Assembly (NCBI GenBank): GCA_051294375.1
Contig: CM119266.1
Location: 24,813,653 to 24,877,652 of the forward strand
Direction of reading: 5' to 3'
Source of the DNA: Paraspadella gotoi
Lineage: Eukaryota > Animalia > Chaetognatha
DNA length: 64,000 nucleotides
Every line of letters begins with the position of its first letter. Position 1 is the stretch's first letter. Under the pieces are notes generated by a model that saw only the letters and a program-made list of their open reading frames with translations, did not search any database and was not told the origin of the DNA. This document shows positions 59,994 to 64,000 of this stretch, piece by piece. A program made the translations under genes and the position numbers.

Positions 59994-60710
59994 AAAAGTA
60001 AAACCGACGTTGTTTGGATCCGATCATGGGAGCTTTAACGATTCTCCGAAATTTTATCGAGGCTATAAAAACAGAGAAACTACAACCCACAAAAGCGTTG
60101 TTAATTTCCTTCTTGTCTCATTCAATGACTGTTTTCTCTCTTTACGCATTAACGAGTGATNNNNNNNNNNNNNNNNNNNNNNNNNAAAAAGAGAGAGATT
60201 TACATGACAAAGTAAAATAGAGTTATGCTTTGTATTATAATAAAATCAAGATTTTACGAAGAAGTTATTTCATATCCATAAATTATTTATTAACTGTTAA
60301 ACGTTAACAAGCTTGAAATTAGTGGCCAAAAGTCTTTAAGACATAAATGTGACTGACTTGGCATTTTTATATTTCTATTTCTTTCGACATTCGGCCTTAT
60401 GTTCGTTTTCTCTAATCCCTTCTCTTCGGACGGAGTCAAATGACTTTACTCAATGAGTCGTTGTTGACTTCGCGATTCCCATTACTCTCTCTCTCTCTCT
60501 CTCTCTTCTCATCTCTCTCTATCTTCTTCTCTCTCTTCTCTCTCTCTTACTCTCGTCTCGACGGTTTTATGGCATCAAAGTAAATTATGAGGCGACGCCC
60601 GGGCGACGAAAAATTCAAATCATTAGTGGTCAGTACAAGCCGGACAGATTGAGAGAAGAAGAGAGAGGTAGAGAGAGAGAGAGAGAGAGTAGCGAGAGAG
60701 AGAGAGAGAG

Positions 60711-60745
<35 letters not shown>

Positions 60746-61687
60746 AGCAAAAAGTTACAAATAAAAATAAGGTTATTATCCTTATGTCCCCTGACTCAAT
60801 GACCCATGTCCCAGAAATGAACAATAAAAAAAAAATATTGCCAAAAAAAATTCAAAAAATCCAGGTAAAAAAGAAATATCGAGAAGATATGAAGGCGAAC
60901 GGTGCCGGCAAATCGGACAACGACAACGACGACAACAACGACGACAAATAGACAGTCGGGTTCCCGATAGAATGGACCCTTTGGGGGTGAAAAGAAATTT
61001 TATGGTGAAATGCGAAAAGGCAATCGCGGGATTCGATGGCCGGAGGCCAGTAGGGCGGTGGAAGGGAGAAATAGTGGGGTGTGGATGGACGGGGCTTTTT
61101 GACGCGGTCGGGTCACAATGAGGAGGAGGAGGAGGAGGAGGAGGAGGAGGAGGAGGAAGAGGAAAAAGTGGTGAAGCTGTCAACAAGGAGTTGATGGGGA
61201 TGAGATGATACGGATGATTTAAGCGAGTCAAACCCGCCATCATGAGACGCCCTCAAACAGAGAGAGAGAGAGAGAGAGAGAGAAGGAGAGGAGAGAGGCC
61301 GAAAGAATTTGGGGCGCTGACCGTCGCGGTCAACTGGACACGCAGTCTGATCCGATTTGAAAGTTGAATCGCCCTCACTTTTGGGCTCGTGACTTGGCAG
61401 ATTCACCTCTCTGTCTTTTGCTTTATTGTAACAAAATTGTGGTCGAAACGAATAAACAGTGTATTTTTTTTTATCGAATATTTTTAATTCTTGATTTATG
61501 CTGCAATCATTTAAGTCGCTTTCTAGTTGTCGAAAATCAAATCAATGAGTCACCCTCAACCTGCACCCTGCACTCTTTACCTTCTGCTGCGCCTGCCAGC
61601 TCCCACTCACTCTTCCCTTTTTCCCCCTCCCCTCTACTTTTTCTCTTCCTCTTTCTATCTTCCTTCTCCTTCCTCACTCCTCCCTCT

Positions 61688-63759
61688 TTTAGCTCCTCCA
61701 CCTCCTCACTTCCCTCACTCCCCCTCCCTCCCCCACCGTTATGCCTCGTTCCGTTTAATTCGTCGCGCGGCCTTCAACTTTCGATTCCTAATGAATTTGA
61801 ATTTCGATCCAACGATCGAAACCATTATCGTCGTCGTCGTCGGTCGTCGTCGTCGTCGTCGTCTTCTCTCTCTCTCTCTTCTCTCTCTATCTCTCTCCGT
61901 TCTCTTCTCTCTCTCTCGTCTCTCTCTCTCGTCTCTCTCTCTCTCTCTCTCTCTCTCAGAAGGGTCAAGGTATCGTCTGGATTTCATTTGTCTGTCTGGC
62001 GTCTCAATGGAATCAACGACGAATGAAGACGATGACGATGACGACGACGAAAAATTTGCGTCATTCCTCCTCGACGTCGGCGAGTGACGTCGATCGATTG
62101 TAAAAAGTTCGTCGCGGTCGATTAGCGAGTGGCGACGACTAGCGGTCGAATTTAGTATTGAAAGTTTGCCTTTTTTTACAATGCGTTGCATTTTTACTAT
62201 ATTTTATTAATTTATATTTTTTTACGTCCTGGGATTGACAGCGATAGTTCGTTTAAAAATGTACTAGGCCAATGCTCAACATATGGCTAAAATTCGCTGA
62301 AGGTTTATCATCGTAAGTGTGTTGAGTTCTAACACTAAAACTTAATTTTTCATCTCAAGTCTCAATTTCATCTCCCCTACTCACAAATTCTTACTTCCCT
62401 CCACCCAACTCTTTTTTCTATCACATGTTTCTCTTTCCTCTTTATTCTCGCTCACTGCCATTTTCCCCTTTCTATTTCACCCCCGCTCCCCCCTCCGCTC
62501 CCCTTTAGTCAAAGATTTAACAATTCGATCGCCTTTCGATTTTTAGGATCAAAAGTTTTCCAGATTTCCGATGAAGCGTCGCGTAGATTTGTGGACGTTT
62601 TGGTGCCGCGGGGGGCGTGGCGAAGCGTAGCGACGCGTGGCACAATGGTCGCTATAGCGAGGTTTGGCGCGTGGCGGAAATGGACGGCGCAGCGTGAGTC
62701 GGACACGCGCTCGATGCGTGCGAATATCTCGATCAAACGTCGAACGGTAAAAATGGGGATGCGTGCTCTCCTGTGGAGAACAATTTAATAGCTACGCCAC
62801 TTTAGACAAGACGGGCCAAGGAGATTTGTGAATTTAGTGAAACATCCAAGTTTTTGCGTACAATTACATTGGTTACAATGCAACGTTACATATCACTTGA
62901 AGTGGCGTAGCCAATTAAATTGTTCTCCACAGAGAGCACCTCCCATTTTTACCGTTCGAACGTTTGATCGAGATTTTCGCACGCATCGACGCGCGTGTCC
63001 GACTCACGCTGCGCGTCCATTTCCGCCACGCGCCAAACCTTCGCTATACGACCATTGGTGCCACGCGTCGCTACGCTTCGCCACGCCCCCCGCGTCACCA
63101 AAACGTCCACAAATCTACGCCGACGCTTCATCGGAAATCTGGAAAACTTTTGATCCTAAAAATCGAAAGGCGATCGAATTGTTAAATTTGACTAAAGGGG
63201 GGCGGAGGGAGGGGGAGCGGGGGTGAAATAGAAAGGGGAAAATGGAGTGAGCGAGAATAAAAGAGGAAAGAGAAACATGTGAAAAAAGAGTTGGGTGGAG
63301 GGGAAGTAAGAATTGGTGAGTAGGGGGAGATGAAATTGAGACTTGAGATGAAAATTAAGTTTTAGTTAGAACTCACAACTTACGATATAACTTAACATTA
63401 TCTGTGAGATAAGAAATGTTAGTTTCAGCCGAATTTTAGCATCGTTGAGCATTGCCTAGTACATTTTTAAACGAACTATCGCGTCAATCCCAGGACGTAA
63501 AAAAATATAAATTAATAAATATAGTAAAAATGCAACGCATTGTAAAAAAAGCAAACTTTCAATCTAAATTCGACCGCTAGTCGTCGCCACTCGCTAATCG
63601 ACCGCGACGAATTTTTAAATCGATCGACGTCACTCGCCGACGTCGAGGAGGAATGACGCAAATTTTTCGTCGTCGTCATCGTCATCGTCTTCATTCGTCG
63701 TTGATTCCAATCTGAGACGCCAGACAGACAAATGAAATCCAGACGATACCTTGACCCTT

Positions 63760-63807
<48 letters not shown>

Positions 63808-64000
63808 AGACGAGAAGAGATGAGAGAGAGAGAAGACGACGACACGACGGACGATTGAATGGTTTCGATCGTTGGATCGAAATTCAAATTCCATTAGGAA
63901 TCGAAAGTTGAAGGCGACCGCGGACGAATTAAACGGAACGAGGCATAACGTGTGGGGGAGGGAGGGGGAGTGAGGGAAGTGAGGAGGTGGAGGAGCTAAA
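61688..64000. repeat. Long palindrome: arms 61688-62802 and 62900-64000 (runs to the window edge), 97-bp spacer
   Basis: Arms are reverse complements throughout, e.g. 'ctgtggagaacaatttaatagctacgccactt' vs 'aagtggcgtagccaattaaattgttctccacag', with scattered indels. Confidence 0.95.

Overview
This is animal (metazoan) nuclear DNA: AT-rich, full of (GA/TC)n, (GAC/GTC)n and (GACA)n microsatellites, with no visible CpG depletion and short GT-AG introns. It appears to come from an error-prone, gap-filled long-read assembly (seven exactly 25-N gaps, indel-rich duplicates beside gaps). Most ORFs in the supplied track are microsatellite artefacts. Manual splicing recovers three real genes: (1) a 5-exon secreted protein with two 10-Cys Ly6/uPAR-like (three-finger) domains, 34846-36664 (+); (2) a 547-aa secreted Tyr-rich protein with 10 coding exons whose family I do not recognise, 40825-43296 (+); (3) a 2-exon two-domain Ly6/uPAR-like protein with a hydrophobic C-terminus, 48709-47768 (-), carrying one probable error frameshift. 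The first ~31 kb is dominated by 2-3 copies of a multi-kb unit. It is interrupted by a 5-kb block (18153-23128, -) holding a frameshifted BEL/Pao integrase + DUF5641. Downstream of it I find no LTR but three splice-acceptor-led coding-like blocks, so this is a candidate 'complex' BEL/Pao retrotransposon with accessory genes and the best lead in the window. Also present: a ~283-bp MITE family, tRNA-like SINE fragments, a microhomology-bounded inverted duplication (29.7-34.5 kb) and a >1.1-kb-arm palindrome at the window end.
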